Positions 8,267 through 19,486 of a stretch of 64,000 nt of DNA are shown here, in pieces. The notes under the pieces were generated by a model. It had not been told where the DNA came from, did not search any database, and was given only the letters and a program-made list of their open reading frames with translations. The stretch comes from an uncultured Gammaproteobacteria bacterium (GTDB lineage: Bacteria; Patescibacteriota; Microgenomatia; Levybacterales; GWA1-39-11): assembly GCA_964537315.1 (NCBI GenBank), contig CAZIAP010000001.1, forward strand, positions 379,926 through 443,925, written 5' to 3'. Both the position numbers and the translations under genes were made by a program. Position 1 is the stretch's first letter. Each line of letters begins with the position of its first letter.

Positions 8267-9949
8267 CTATCCTCTTTTAAACAATCTGTATAAATCTTTC
8301 AAGCTGATTTCAACCGCAGTCGGTCTTCCATGAGGACAATTGGAGTTTCTATTTGTATTATCGAGCTTCTCAATCAACCGCCGCGCCTCGTCTTGAGTAA
8401 GTACGTCTCCTGCCTTAATTGCATTTCGACACGCGAGATACGAAATTATTGTATTGATGAATAACTCTAGATCCTTAATTTTACCCATTTCGCGAATATC
8501 TCCCAGTAGCTCTTGGATCAATTGATTATAATCCTGATCCATAAAGAGTTTATGGACTGATAACAATATAAAACTACTCCCATTTTTTCTAATCTCAAAT
8601 CCATTTGACGCAAACAAATCAAGGTACTCTTCTACAACTTCTTTATCGCTTAATGATAGATCTAAATCGATAGGAGCATGAAGTTTGAATTTATCTTGTT
8701 TGAGTTTTAATTCTTTATATGTCTCTAAATACTGTTCATATAGGATTCTTTCGTGTGCGGCATGCTGATCAACCATTAAAACTCCATTTTTGGTTTGAGC
8801 AATCAAAAAAGTTTTATCAACTTGTTGAATCTGATCAGTGTTAATGATTTTTAAAGAGTCTTTCACATTCCACTTTTCTGTTTTTTCCCTTAACATGAGC
8901 GCAGCTGGAGTATTAGTAGCACTGACTCTGGTAGTGGAATAAAGAGAAGAAAGATAAGTTAGATTATGACTCGCTAAAGAGTTTGATACTGAGGATTTTA
9001 CCACTTCGTATACCATATCGTTGTTTACGAAGCTAACCTGCTCTTTTCTTGGATGTACATTTACATCTACTGCTTCATGTGGTATCTCAATAGACATTAC
9101 GTATACCGGGAACCTAGTATTTTCAAGTAAATTCCCAAAGGCTTCTTTTACAACCCTTGTTATACCTCTATCACTCACCGAACGGTTGTTGATATATAGG
9201 TACTGTTTATCGCCTGATTGAACAGATACCTGCGGACGAGCAATGAATCCTTGTAACTTAAGATAGTCATCTGAGGCACTAATAGGAATTAGCTGCTGCG
9301 CGATTCTGTCTCCTAAAAGTGTCGATAATCTTTGAGATATATCCTGATTTTTTGGAAGATCTATAATAATACGATTATTATGAAGAAGCAGAAATCGTTT
9401 AGTTGGATATGAAAGCGCGTATTTTATAACTAAATCCAGAATATGTCGAAACTCAGTTCTTTCTGATCTCAAAAATTTTTTACGCGCGGGGACAGTGTGA
9501 AATAGGTTTTGCACTGAAATTGAGGTTCCAACTGGCATGCCTACTGGTCCCGACTTTATAACTGTCCCTGATTTTAGTATTACCTGTACACCGGCAGCAC
9601 TACCAGGTACTCTACTTTGCAAAACCATATCACTTATTGCTGCAATGCTTGCAAGCGCTTCACCGCGAAAACCTAAAGTTTTTATTCCTATTAAAGATTC
9701 ATCCTGAAGTTTGCTGGTAGTATGCGGCTTAAATGATTCAAACAAATCATCCTTTGTCATCCCTTCGCCATCATCAGTAATCATGATTTTCTTCAGCCCG
9801 CCTCTCTCAATCTGTATAGTGATACTATCTGCCCCCGCATCTAGTGAGTTTTCAATAAGTTCTTTAACTGCATATACAGGACGTTCTATTACCTCACCTG
9901 CAGCAATACGAGAGATAACATGTTCTGGAAGTGTCTGAATTCTAGGCAT
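8267..9949 (-). CDS. mutL: DNA mismatch repair protein MutL
   Basis: 560 aa. The N-terminus IAAGEVIERPVYAVKELIENSLDAGA is the GHKL ATPase motif of MutL. Its stop abuts the histidine kinase stop (convergent). Confidence 0.9.
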   Translation of the reverse strand: MPRIQTLPEHVISRIAAGEVIERPVYAVKELIENSLDAGADSITIQIERGGLKKIMITDDGEGMTKDDLFESFKPHTTSKLQDESLIGIKTLGFRGEALASIAAISDMVLQSRVPGSAAGVQVILKSGTVIKSGPVGMPVGTSISVQNLFHTVPARKKFLRSERTEFRHILDLVIKYALSYPTKRFLLLHNNRIIIDLPKNQDISQRLSTLLGDRIAQQLIPISASDDYLKLQGFIARPQVSVQSGDKQYLYINNRSVSDRGITRVVKEAFGNLLENTRFPVYVMSIEIPHEAVDVNVHPRKEQVSFVNNDMVYEVVKSSVSNSLASHNLTYLSSLYSTTRVSATNTPAALMLREKTEKWNVKDSLKIINTDQIQQVDKTFLIAQTKNGVLMVDQHAAHERILYEQYLETYKELKLKQDKFKLHAPIDLDLSLSDKEVVEEYLDLFASNGFEIRKNGSSFILLSVHKLFMDQDYNQLIQELLGDIREMGKIKDLELFINTIISYLACRNAIKAGDVLTQDEARRLIEKLDNTNRNSNCPHGRPTAVEISLKDLYRLFKRG

Positions 9950-9974
9950 AGAAGTACTATACTATAACAGTCAA

Positions 9975-12635
9975 TTAATCTGCGGCAACACGTTTTTCAC
10001 TTTTTTCAAATAAAGCTACTTTTCTTTTAATCTCTGCAAGAGTATTTAGAGCCTCAAGCGGAGTCATACGTGAGATATCTATATTTTCAAGTTCTTTATG
10101 AATCATGCGATCAAGTAAGTACGTGGGCTGTAGTTGGTAATCGGTAGAGTAAACTTTATCGGTCACTGAACTATTGTTGGCATAATCATGCGAACGAACT
10201 TCAAGGTCTTTCAATACTTCTTTTGCTTTAGCCACTACTTCTCCAGGTACGCCTGCGAGCTTTGCAACTGCGATACCAAAGCTATGCGATGCTCCGCCCT
10301 TTTGTATTGTATGTAGAAAAACAGGAGTACCTTTGTCGTCTGCAACCGCCATATGATAATTACAGATTTTATCAGGGTATTGTTCTTCCAGAGCTTGAAG
10401 CTCGTGATAGTGAGTTGCAAACAAAGTTTTTGGCGGAGACTTATAGTGAGTAGCCAGATATTCTGCGACGGCCCATGCAATACTAATTCCGTCATAAGTA
10501 CTTGTTCCTCTTCCGATTTCATCCATTACAATTAAACTATCTTTTGTAGCATTATGGAGTATCTGAGCTGTTTCAACCATCTCAACCATAAATGTAGATA
10601 ACCCGCCTGTGATAACATCAGATGCTCCACTTCTTACGAATATCCTGTCTACAACACTAATACGCGCTGACCTTGCAGGAACAAAACACCCCATCTGAGC
10701 CATAAGTACAATCAACGCCACCTGTCTGATATATACAGATTTACCAGCCATATTCGGACCAGTAATTAGCATCTGATTTCGGGAAACTGAGTCGAGTACT
10801 ACGTCATTTGGAACGAATCGAGAATCTTGCAGCAGTTTTTCAATAACCGGATGCCTCCCTTCCTGGATTTTAATCTCACCAGAATATACAATTTTTGGAC
10901 GTATATAGTCATTTTTGAGTGCTAAAACGGCGAAATTAAACAAACAATCAACTACTGCTATTGATTGAGCAGCTATTTGTATCGTCTCTGTGAAATAAAG
11001 CACTTTAGAGAGAATATCACTGTACAATTCATACTCCAACTCATTAATCTGCTCTTGAGCTGTTAGGATAATTTCTTCATGATGTTTTAGTTCAGGTGTT
11101 ATAAACCTTTCTCCGTTTACTAGTGTTTGTTTTCTTGTGTAAGTATCCGGAACTAGATGCAAGTTGGGTTTGGATACCTCAATATAAAACCCGAAAACCT
11201 TATTAAATTTTATTTTCAAAGAGGCAATTCCAGTCTTTTCCCGTTCACTTTGCTCCAGTTTTTCTATCCACTCCTGACTTCCTCCTACAATTGAACGAAG
11301 CTTGTCCAGTTTTTTATTTACCCCACTCTTAATTATTCCTCCATTTTTTAGATCTATAGATGGTTCATCCATAATAGTATCTGATAACAGATCAATTACT
11401 GAGGTCAAATTTTCTGATATATTTGTAGAAAGTTCATGCAGCAGAACAGGTTCCTTATCAGAAATAATCTCTTTTATCTTTAAAACTGCTTGAAGCGCGA
11501 ATTTTAAATTTACAAGATCTCGCGCATTTCCTGCATTAACCGAAAGTCGGGATAATATTCTCTCAAAGTCAGGCACCCGTTCAAGATCTTCTGTAAGTAA
11601 TACTTGAAACTCTTGTTGTTGTAGGTAAGAAACAGCATCCAGGCGAGCATCAATCTGAGACTTATCTATCAAGGGCTTTTTTATCCAAGATTTTAGCATT
11701 CTTGAACCCATCGCAGTTTTTGTATGATCCAAAATAAAATGCAGTGAACCTTTTGTATCATGATCACGGATAGTTGTAAAAAGTTCAAGATTGATCATTG
11801 TCGCTTGATCAAGAATTAGATGATCATCGTTAGAAAGGTTAGAAATCTTTTTAATATGAGAAACTGCGGTTTTTTGTGTATCATTTAAATATCTAAGTAA
11901 TGACGCACAAACAGTAAGAGATGCCTTAGATGTAGCAATTCCGAACGACGTCAATGTTTTAACTTTGAAATGCTCTCTGAGCATACTCTCTGCATCAGAT
12001 ATATCGTCGTACCAATCAGCAAAGGGAAATATGTTAAGACCACGCTCTGCTGAAAGTAGCCTCAGTAGTTCTTGGTCGTTATAAAGTCTATCAGGAAGAA
12101 TACACTCTACTGCGTTAATTTTTGAAAATTCATCACGTATAGTTTGTAAAAGATCTGAGGATATTACTTCGTATGTACTGAAAAAACCAGTAGATATATC
12201 AGCACAAGCAAATGAAACAGTTGAGTTTTGTATATCTATACCTACAATAAAATTGTTTTCTTTTTTATCTAAAATTTTTTCATCCACGACAGTACCCGGA
12301 GTTACAATACGCACAACATCACGCTCTACCAGACCCTTTTTATTTGGTGGACTCAGTTGTTCACAAATCGCCACTTTATATCCTGCTTTCACAAGCTTAG
12401 CAAGATATGCGTCTACAGCATGGTAAGGAACACCCGCCATCGGAATTTTCCCGTTTTTTCCATTAGATTTACCAGTAAGTGTGATATTCAGTACTTTGGC
12501 CCCAATATGAGCATCGTCAAGAAATAGCTCATAAAAATCCCCCATTCGGTAAAAAAGAAGACAGTCCGGATACCGAGACTTTATACTATGGTACTGCTTC
12601 ATCATTGGGGTATCAAACTTATTCATAATGATCAA
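9975..12635 (-). CDS. mutS: DNA mismatch repair protein MutS
   Basis: 886 aa. The N-terminal mismatch-binding motif ([30 protein letters not shown]) and the Walker [10 protein letters not shown] are present. Confidence 0.9.
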   Translation of the reverse strand: MIIMNKFDTPMMKQYHSIKSRYPDCLLFYRMGDFYELFLDDAHIGAKVLNITLTGKSNGKNGKIPMAGVPYHAVDAYLAKLVKAGYKVAICEQLSPPNKKGLVERDVVRIVTPGTVVDEKILDKKENNFIVGIDIQNSTVSFACADISTGFFSTYEVISSDLLQTIRDEFSKINAVECILPDRLYNDQELLRLLSAERGLNIFPFADWYDDISDAESMLREHFKVKTLTSFGIATSKASLTVCASLLRYLNDTQKTAVSHIKKISNLSNDDHLILDQATMINLELFTTIRDHDTKGSLHFILDHTKTAMGSRMLKSWIKKPLIDKSQIDARLDAVSYLQQQEFQVLLTEDLERVPDFERILSRLSVNAGNARDLVNLKFALQAVLKIKEIISDKEPVLLHELSTNISENLTSVIDLLSDTIMDEPSIDLKNGGIIKSGVNKKLDKLRSIVGGSQEWIEKLEQSEREKTGIASLKIKFNKVFGFYIEVSKPNLHLVPDTYTRKQTLVNGERFITPELKHHEEIILTAQEQINELEYELYSDILSKVLYFTETIQIAAQSIAVVDCLFNFAVLALKNDYIRPKIVYSGEIKIQEGRHPVIEKLLQDSRFVPNDVVLDSVSRNQMLITGPNMAGKSVYIRQVALIVLMAQMGCFVPARSARISVVDRIFVRSGASDVITGGLSTFMVEMVETAQILHNATKDSLIVMDEIGRGTSTYDGISIAWAVAEYLATHYKSPPKTLFATHYHELQALEEQYPDKICNYHMAVADDKGTPVFLHTIQKGGASHSFGIAVAKLAGVPGEVVAKAKEVLKDLEVRSHDYANNSSVTDKVYSTDYQLQPTYLLDRMIHKELENIDISRMTPLEALNTLAEIKRKVALFEKSEKRVAAD

Positions 12636-12758
12636 ATTATATGGATATTTAATATCATAACGTTTTTAATTTAGTTTGAAAAGATAAGGAGTTACAAACA
12701 AAGTTGATTTTATCTGATTTATCGTCCATACTAATAAAAGATATTATTCCCTGCAAAA

Positions 12759-14597
12759 ATGACAACTCATTTTGATTCAATCAAACGGAGGTATATAGGT
12801 ATTAGTGAAAGAGATAGTACAGCATACCTCTTCTTATCTTTAGATAAAGGTAAATCACCCTCATTTTCCCTTGCACACAGTCAAAACGGTATCACGTTTG
12901 AAGAGTTAGTCCAAAAACCCATAATAACCAAAGAAAACGGAGAGCGTGAAGATCCACGTAAATGTTCCAACTTCAGAATCTCAAAATTAGATGAATGGTA
13001 CTACTTAACTTACAAATTCACCCACGGAAAGCTATCTGCAATCTGTACAGCAGCAAGTCAAGATCTGGTCAGATGGACGAAGATTGGTGAAATTCCGAAC
13101 ATTGCATATACAGGAATGGTTGTTCCCGACTTTATGCATAATGCTCGATATGTAATGTACTATGGTGAAACAAATATTTATATTTCATACTCACAAGATC
13201 TGGCAACATGGGAAACAAAGCGTCTTCCCGTTCTCGCTCCACGCCCATCCCATTTTGATAACACAGATATAGAAGTAGGGGGAGTATTTGATACGCCTGA
13301 AGGAATATTGCTCCTATACTACGTCTTAGTCGATAAAAGATATCTTATTGGCGCTGCAATCTTTGATAAAAACGACCCTGAACACGTTTTATGGCGGTCA
13401 GATGAACCTTTGTGGGAACAGACACGGGATTGGAAAAAAACTAAAGTCAGCCCAATCGGAATCATCAACATGAATGGTTCATTTTACTCGTACTGGAACT
13501 TCGGAACTGATGGTATTTTTGCAATTAACTTTAACCTTAAAAGACAGATCGAAGTAATTAGTAAAGGCAAGCATCCTGAACTTTCAAAGCACCACAAAAA
13601 TCCTATTCTTACTTCAAGAGTTCATTTACCTTGGGAATCTCAGGCGACAATGAATCCTGCAGCAGTTTATGAGAAAGGTAAAGTACATTTAGCATACCGA
13701 GCAATAGGTGACTCTGGGTTGTCTGTAGTGGGATATGCTTCAAGCGATGATGGAATACATTTTGATAATAGACCTGAAAAACCAATGTATATACCACGAG
13801 AAAAGTTTGAGTGGAGCGGAGTTTCACCTGTAGATAGTCAAGAAAAGTTTATGTCAGGGGGAGGATATGGTGGTTGCGAAGATCCAAGACTCACTCACAT
13901 TGATGATAAGTTCTACTTAACTTATGTTGCATACGATGGGATGAATCCGCCGAGGGTTGCAATTTCTTCTATTCCTGAAGATGATTTCCACGCTCAGAAC
14001 TGGGATGCATGGAAGAAGCCCGTGATTATTTCAAAGCCAGGAATTGTCGATAAAAATGCATGTATTCTTCCGGAAAAAATTAACGGTAAATACGTGATAT
14101 TTCATCGCATATTTCCCCACATTCTAATAGACTTCGTAGATAGTCTAGAGTTTGACGGTACACAGTACTTACAGGGCGAACACAAAATCTCCCCTACCGA
14201 TTACGGTTGGGACAGTCGAAAAGTAGGAGCAGGACCTCCTCCTATGAAAACCGATGACGGTTGGCTACTTATTTATCATGCTGTAGATGACAAAGATGAC
14301 TCACAATACAAAATGGGTGCTATGCTTCTTGATCTTGATGATCCTACAAAAGTTTTATACCGAACACAAAAACCCATTCTTGCTCCAACTGAGTGGTATG
14401 AAAATCACGGATTTAAAGCAGGAGTCGCATACCCTTGCGGAGCAGTCATTAAAGATGGTATGCTTTATGTATATTATGGTGGCGCAGACAGTTATGTGTG
14501 TGTGGCCATGGCAAACCTAGACGAATTTCTAGACCACCTGAAACACCACGAGGAAATAATACTTCAACCTATTTCCATTAGTGCCGAATACGTATGA
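12759..14597 (+). CDS. Tandem double-domain GH130-family protein (beta-mannoside phosphorylase/hydrolase-like, Glyco_hydro_130/DUF377 x2)
   Basis: 612 aa. It has two repeats of the GH130 signature (EDPRK…; GGYGGCEDPRLTHIDDKFYLTYVAYDG … YYGGADSYVCVAMA). No signal peptide. Confidence 0.6.
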   Translation: MTTHFDSIKRRYIGISERDSTAYLFLSLDKGKSPSFSLAHSQNGITFEELVQKPIITKENGEREDPRKCSNFRISKLDEWYYLTYKFTHGKLSAICTAASQDLVRWTKIGEIPNIAYTGMVVPDFMHNARYVMYYGETNIYISYSQDLATWETKRLPVLAPRPSHFDNTDIEVGGVFDTPEGILLLYYVLVDKRYLIGAAIFDKNDPEHVLWRSDEPLWEQTRDWKKTKVSPIGIINMNGSFYSYWNFGTDGIFAINFNLKRQIEVISKGKHPELSKHHKNPILTSRVHLPWESQATMNPAAVYEKGKVHLAYRAIGDSGLSVVGYASSDDGIHFDNRPEKPMYIPREKFEWSGVSPVDSQEKFMSGGGYGGCEDPRLTHIDDKFYLTYVAYDGMNPPRVAISSIPEDDFHAQNWDAWKKPVIISKPGIVDKNACILPEKINGKYVIFHRIFPHILIDFVDSLEFDGTQYLQGEHKISPTDYGWDSRKVGAGPPPMKTDDGWLLIYHAVDDKDDSQYKMGAMLLDLDDPTKVLYRTQKPILAPTEWYENHGFKAGVAYPCGAVIKDGMLYVYYGGADSYVCVAMANLDEFLDHLKHHEEIILQPISISAEYV

Positions 14598-16516
14598 TAC
14601 TAGCTGAGCGATATTACAATAATCCTATTTTATCTCCTGTAATTCATAATCCTTGGGAGAATTTAGCGGCTTTTAACGGATGTGTTATACACCAAGATGG
14701 AAAGTACCACATGTTGTACCGTGCCCTTTCCAAAGAATCATGGGTAGGTGATGATGTATTGCAACTATCATCCATCGGGTATGCGTCAAGCGACGATGGC
14801 ATGCATTGGGGAGGTAGAAGACAATTAATTAAACCTGAGTACCCTTGGGATAAGTATGGTTGTGAAGATCCACGAATCACGTACTTTGAAGGTAAGTATT
14901 ATATATTCTACACCGCCCTCTCAACCTTTCCTTTTGGACCGGATGGTATAAAAGTGGCCATGGCAACAACAACTGATTTTCAAAATATTACACAAAGAAC
15001 ATTGGTAACTGATTTTAATGCAAAAGCTGCTTGCATTTTCCCTGAAAGAATCAATGGAAAAATCGCTATGCTGTTGACTGCAAATACTGACAGACCACCT
15101 GCACAAATTTCGCTTGCTTTTTTTGATAATGAAGATCAAATAACCTCCAAAAGTTACTGGAAAAAGTGGTACGAGACTCTGCCTGACCATGCAATAAATT
15201 TAAAACGCAGCGATGAAGATCACGTTGAAATTGGTGCTCCTCCTCTTAAAACTGATAAAGGATGGTTGCTAGTTTATTCGCATATTCGCAACTATTTTTC
15301 TCAACACAAGATATTTGGAATCGAGGCCGTATTACTCGACCTAAATGATCCTACAAAGATAGTCGGACGCACTAACTCACCTTTGCTTGTTCCAAGCGAA
15401 GAGTATGAGCTATATGGAATAGTGCCAAATATTACATTCCCTTCAGGAGCGGTAATCGATGATGATACTCTCCGAATTTACTACGGCGGTGCAGACACCC
15501 GAGTCTGCATGGCAACCTGTAGCGTATCAGAGCTTATAGATGAAATGATTAATGGTGTAAAACCTAAAATAATTTCAGGAAAAAATGAATATCTTATCCG
15601 TTACGATAAAAACCCAATTCTCTCTCCTATTGAAGAACATGAATGGGAAAGAAAAGCTGCTTTTAATCCCACTGCACTGCTTTTAGATGATACGGTGCAT
15701 ATTGTCTACAGAGGCTGGTCAGATGATGATATTTCGACAATGGGTTATGCTTCTTCAAAAGACGGATTTACAATTGATGAACGACTTCCCGACCCTATCT
15801 ACGTACCACGAGCAAACTTCGAAACGAGTAAAGACACTGGCGGATACGGTTGCGAAGATGGAAGATTAACCCTGATAGATAATAGAGTTTATGTTACATA
15901 CACTGCATATGATGCAAAAAATGTTCCTCAGGTCGGACTTTCATCAATTGCAGTAGAAGATTTTGTTAGTAAAAATTGGAACAACTGGACACTGCCTATT
16001 GTCATTTCGCCGCCAGGTATTGATGATAAAGATGCAGCAATATTACCTGAAAAAATAAACGGAAAGTACATGATATATCACCGAATTGACAAGAGAATTT
16101 GGGTAGACTTTGTTGATAACCTTGCTTTCCCGCACGACACTTATATACAAGGATTTCCATGGCTCTCACCTCGTCCCGGAAAATGGGACGATCTTAAAAT
16201 CGGTATAGCCGGACCACCTATCTGGACAGATCAAGGCTGGATATTTATGTATCACGGAATTTCAAGCAGGGACAACGCATATCGCTTGGGCGCGATCTTG
16301 TTAGATCTAGATGACCCTACTAAAATCATTAGTAGAATTGATGACCCAATACTGGAACCTGTTGAAGATTATGAGCAAGAAGGATGGGTACCCCACGTTG
16401 TGTTCCCTTGCGGAGCAGTGATTAAAGATAAACAGTTATTAGTGTACTACGGAGGAGCTGACAAAGTTGTAGGTGTTGCCTATTGTGATATTGATAAATT
16501 CCTCGGGAAGTTCTAA
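14594..16516 (+). CDS. Tandem double-domain GH130-family protein (paralogue of the upstream gene)
   Basis: 640 aa. It has two GH130-like units (GCEDPRITYFEGKYYIFYTA…YYGGADTRVCMA; GGYGCEDGRLTLIDNRVYVTYTAYDA…YYGGADKVVGVAY). There is long colinear similarity to 12759..14597, and its start overlaps the upstream stop (ATGA). Confidence 0.6.
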   Translation: MILAERYYNNPILSPVIHNPWENLAAFNGCVIHQDGKYHMLYRALSKESWVGDDVLQLSSIGYASSDDGMHWGGRRQLIKPEYPWDKYGCEDPRITYFEGKYYIFYTALSTFPFGPDGIKVAMATTTDFQNITQRTLVTDFNAKAACIFPERINGKIAMLLTANTDRPPAQISLAFFDNEDQITSKSYWKKWYETLPDHAINLKRSDEDHVEIGAPPLKTDKGWLLVYSHIRNYFSQHKIFGIEAVLLDLNDPTKIVGRTNSPLLVPSEEYELYGIVPNITFPSGAVIDDDTLRIYYGGADTRVCMATCSVSELIDEMINGVKPKIISGKNEYLIRYDKNPILSPIEEHEWERKAAFNPTALLLDDTVHIVYRGWSDDDISTMGYASSKDGFTIDERLPDPIYVPRANFETSKDTGGYGCEDGRLTLIDNRVYVTYTAYDAKNVPQVGLSSIAVEDFVSKNWNNWTLPIVISPPGIDDKDAAILPEKINGKYMIYHRIDKRIWVDFVDNLAFPHDTYIQGFPWLSPRPGKWDDLKIGIAGPPIWTDQGWIFMYHGISSRDNAYRLGAILLDLDDPTKIISRIDDPILEPVEDYEQEGWVPHVVFPCGAVIKDKQLLVYYGGADKVVGVAYCDIDKFLGKF

Positions 16517-16558
16517 GAAGGTAAATGTAGTTGATGTTCTCTGATATAATGTACACTA

Positions 16559-17116
16559 ATGAAAATAATTGGAATCGCAGGAAGCTTACGAAAAGACTCA
16601 CTAAATAAAAAAGTATTAGCAGCAGCTGCCGAAATCTTACAAGAACTAAATCCCACAATCGAATATACTGCTTTAGACCTTAAATACCTAAATCTTCCAA
16701 TATACGATCAAGACATTCAGGATAGTGGTATGCCTGAAAATGTCATGGAGTTTAAATCTGCAGTTGAATCTGCAGATGTCATCCTCATCTGTACCCCAGA
16801 GTATAATCACTCTATCCCTGGAGGGCTAAAAAACGCAGTAGACTGGGCTTCAAGAGGGAAAAATTCATTTGCACGCAAGGTTGTAGCAATAATGGGCGCT
16901 ACAGACGGAATGGGAGGAACAATTCGCTCACAAGAACACCTGAGAGTAGCGCTTGCTGCGCTTAACTCATATGTTATACCGTATCCGGAGGTGTTTATTC
17001 GCAATGCTAATGAACTTTTAGATGAAAAAGGGATGTTTGTTGACGAAAAAGGACTATCACAGATTAAGAAATTACTTGAGCGAACGCTCAAGATTGCTGA
17101 ACGGATTAAAGAATAA
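16559..17116 (+). CDS. NAD(P)H-dependent FMN reductase (paralogue)
   Basis: 185 aa. Contains KIIGIAGSLRKDSLN…ILICTPEYNHSIPGGLKNAVDWASRG. Confidence 0.7.
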   Translation: MKIIGIAGSLRKDSLNKKVLAAAAEILQELNPTIEYTALDLKYLNLPIYDQDIQDSGMPENVMEFKSAVESADVILICTPEYNHSIPGGLKNAVDWASRGKNSFARKVVAIMGATDGMGGTIRSQEHLRVALAALNSYVIPYPEVFIRNANELLDEKGMFVDEKGLSQIKKLLERTLKIAERIKE

Positions 17117-17126
17117 CAAGTTGTAG

Positions 17127-17402
17127 GTGGTGATTATAATGAATGATAAACAACCAAAACGTAATACATCAATTAATCTAAATCCTGAGCTAACAAAAAT
17201 TCTTTATACTGACATGATTTACATCAATGTAAATGAAGACGGAACAACTCTCGATGTCTGTCAAAAAGTAGGACCTACCGACCAGTTTCACGTTGTTGCA
17301 AGAATAGGTATGAGCCGAGACCATGCAAAGAAACTCGCAAGCGAGTTATCAAAGATACTTGCTCTGACTTTCGCCCAAAGCAAAACAGGAGAAGAGAACT
17401 AG
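17127..17402 (+). CDS. Hypothetical small protein
   Basis: 91-aa ORF in a compact context. No recognisable motif. Confidence 0.35.
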   Translation: MVIIMNDKQPKRNTSINLNPELTKILYTDMIYINVNEDGTTLDVCQKVGPTDQFHVVARIGMSRDHAKKLASELSKILALTFAQSKTGEEN

Positions 17403-17527
17403 GGTAAATTCCTAATTACTAATTTCTAATTCCTAATTGACCCTATGAAATGGCAAGTGCTCTTGGGGCGCTTTAGTGAACGAATAAAGATTTTGAGTGC
17501 ATGAACAAGACCTGGCGAGAGTTTTTG

Positions 17528-17551
17528 GTTCTTTTGTCGGCACAAAAGAAC
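17528..17551. other. Perfect 10-bp hairpin in the convergent intergenic region (possible transcript 3'-end structure)
   Basis: GTTCTTTTGT-CGGC-ACAAAAGAAC. A T5 run precedes it on the plus strand. Upstream at 17401-17444, stem AGGGT/ACCCT encloses two 11-nt direct repeats AATTCCTAATT. Confidence 0.3.
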
Positions 17552-17582
17552 TATAAAAGGTAAAATAATTTTAAAAATTAAA

Positions 17583-17948
17583 TTAAAATATTAAATCAAC
17601 AATTCTTGGTGCAAAAATAATCAACCCCACGATTATTGAGAATGCGGCTGATAAAAAAACTGCCGCCGCAGCCACATCTTTTGCAATCATTGCTTCTTTG
17701 CGATGCTCTCTAACAATAAGATTTGTCATTTCCTCGATTGCGGTATTCATCATTTCGCATATGATCACAAAAAAAATAGTGATGAGGATAAACAAATATT
17801 CTAGATATGAAATTTTCAATAAATAAGAAAGAATGAGTGCACCAATTGCAGCGAAAATATGCACACGTATATTTTGATGATCACGCCAGATATGGGCAAA
17901 CCCTGCAAAAGCATAGCGAAATGATCGGGTTATTTTTGATAAATTCAT
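17583..17948 (-). CDS. dgkA: Diacylglycerol kinase / undecaprenol kinase (DgkA family)
   Basis: 121 aa with three TM helices. The pattern FRYAFAGFAHIWRDHQNIRVHIF…EMMNTAIEEMTN is typical of DgkA. Confidence 0.75.
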   Translation of the reverse strand: MNLSKITRSFRYAFAGFAHIWRDHQNIRVHIFAAIGALILSYLLKISYLEYLFILITIFFVIICEMMNTAIEEMTNLIVREHRKEAMIAKDVAAAAVFLSAAFSIIVGLIIFAPRIVDLIF

Positions 17949-17964
17949 ATAATTTCGTTAACTG

Positions 17965-19356
17965 CTATCTGAGTAACTCAAGTATCCTATCTTTTCCAAG
18001 CAGTGCAAATACATCTACTAATGGTAGCCCTTGATCTGTTCCTATAACTATTTTATACAAAAATTTAAAACTAATGCTATGTTCTTTTGTAAATGACCTT
18101 AAAGTATCTAGTATATTGTCTGTGCTCCATTCCTCTATTGAAGACAGTGCTTCAGAAAGTTTGCTTTGTAGTTGCTTTTCCTCTTCTGACAATGTCAGAT
18201 CCTGTTTTTCTATAAAAGGCAAAACAAGCGTCTTAAATTCGGATAGTGTTTTCATGCGTGTTTTTGCTAAAGGAATAAATGAGTTTACTAATTGTTCATC
18301 CAATGAAGAAATCGAAGCGTCAAAGTCTTTCAGTCTTTGCTTCAAGTCCGCGTCACTCAGCTCTCTAATATACATACCGTTCATCCATGTGAGCTTTACT
18401 AAATCAAATATTGGCCCGACTGGCTTTAGATCAGAAAGCTCAAACAGAGAAATAAATTCATCTAGTGTAAATATTTCCTTTTCTTCCGGATGACTCCATC
18501 CCATAAGCGCCAAATAATTTAAAATGGCTTCTGGTAAATATCCTGATTCTTTATACCAGCTTACGTTGGTATGCCCGTGTCGTTTAGAAAGCTTAGATTT
18601 ATCTGGATTTCTCAATACTGGCGTGTGAAAGAATAATGGTTTTTCCCACCCAAAGTAGTCATAAAGCAGTACGTGTTTAGGCGCAGAAGTAAGCCACTCT
18701 TCTCCTCTAACTACATGACTTATTTTCATCAAGTGGTCATCAACTACTACTCCAAGATGATAAGTTGGAAATCCATCAGATTTAAGAAGTACCTGTTCGT
18801 CAATTTCTCCTGAATCAAACTGAATCTCACCCCTTATTTCATCCCGCACATTAATCGTCTGGTTATCCGGAATTTTCAGTCGTATCACATATGGAATGTT
18901 CTCAGCCATATTTCTTGATATTTCCTGCGGATCTAATGATCTGCAGTGCCTATCATACCTAAGCGGTTTCTTCTCTGACCGTAATTGCTCACGCATCTGG
19001 TCAAGACGTTCTTTTGTGCAGAAGCAGTAATAAGCATGTCCTTTTTTTACAAGTTCTTCTGCATACTTAGCATATGTTTCAAGCCGCTGAGACTGTCGAT
19101 ATGGTGCGTATTTGCCTTCTTTACGTGGTGACTCATCTTCTTCTAAACCAAACCAATCTAAAGCTTGAAATATAACTTCCTCTGCCCCTTCCACAAATCT
19201 AGATTGATCAGTATCCTCGATACGAACAAGAAACTGTCCGTCATTTTTCCGAGCAAAAGCAAAATTAAATAGTGCTTGGTAAATTGTTCCGATATGCGGA
19301 TAGCCTGTAGGGCTTGGAGCAACTCGGGTACGAACCGAAATATTTTCTGTACTCAT
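17965..19356 (-). CDS. gltX: Glutamate--tRNA ligase
   Basis: 463 aa. Class I motifs are present: HIGH-like (PSPTGYPHIGT) and KMSKS-like (KLSKR). Confidence 0.9.
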   Translation of the reverse strand: MSTENISVRTRVAPSPTGYPHIGTIYQALFNFAFARKNDGQFLVRIEDTDQSRFVEGAEEVIFQALDWFGLEEDESPRKEGKYAPYRQSQRLETYAKYAEELVKKGHAYYCFCTKERLDQMREQLRSEKKPLRYDRHCRSLDPQEISRNMAENIPYVIRLKIPDNQTINVRDEIRGEIQFDSGEIDEQVLLKSDGFPTYHLGVVVDDHLMKISHVVRGEEWLTSAPKHVLLYDYFGWEKPLFFHTPVLRNPDKSKLSKRHGHTNVSWYKESGYLPEAILNYLALMGWSHPEEKEIFTLDEFISLFELSDLKPVGPIFDLVKLTWMNGMYIRELSDADLKQRLKDFDASISSLDEQLVNSFIPLAKTRMKTLSEFKTLVLPFIEKQDLTLSEEEKQLQSKLSEALSSIEEWSTDNILDTLRSFTKEHSISFKFLYKIVIGTDQGLPLVDVFALLGKDRILELLR

Positions 19357-19486
19357 TCCTTGAATTTTACCTTAATCTTACCCTATACTCAATATAGATA
19401 GGTTCTTAGTTTGTAGTACTTGGAGGACTACAAATAAATTCCACTGAGTAACTATTAACAATAACTAATCTCTACAAAATAATTTT

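Noticed and set aside
17403-17582. Possible SRP, 6S or RNase P RNA in the GC-richer intergenic segment.
   Set aside because: No match could be made to the conserved SRP domain IV (GGAAGGAAGCAGCC-like) or RNase P motifs, and it is too short for RNase P.
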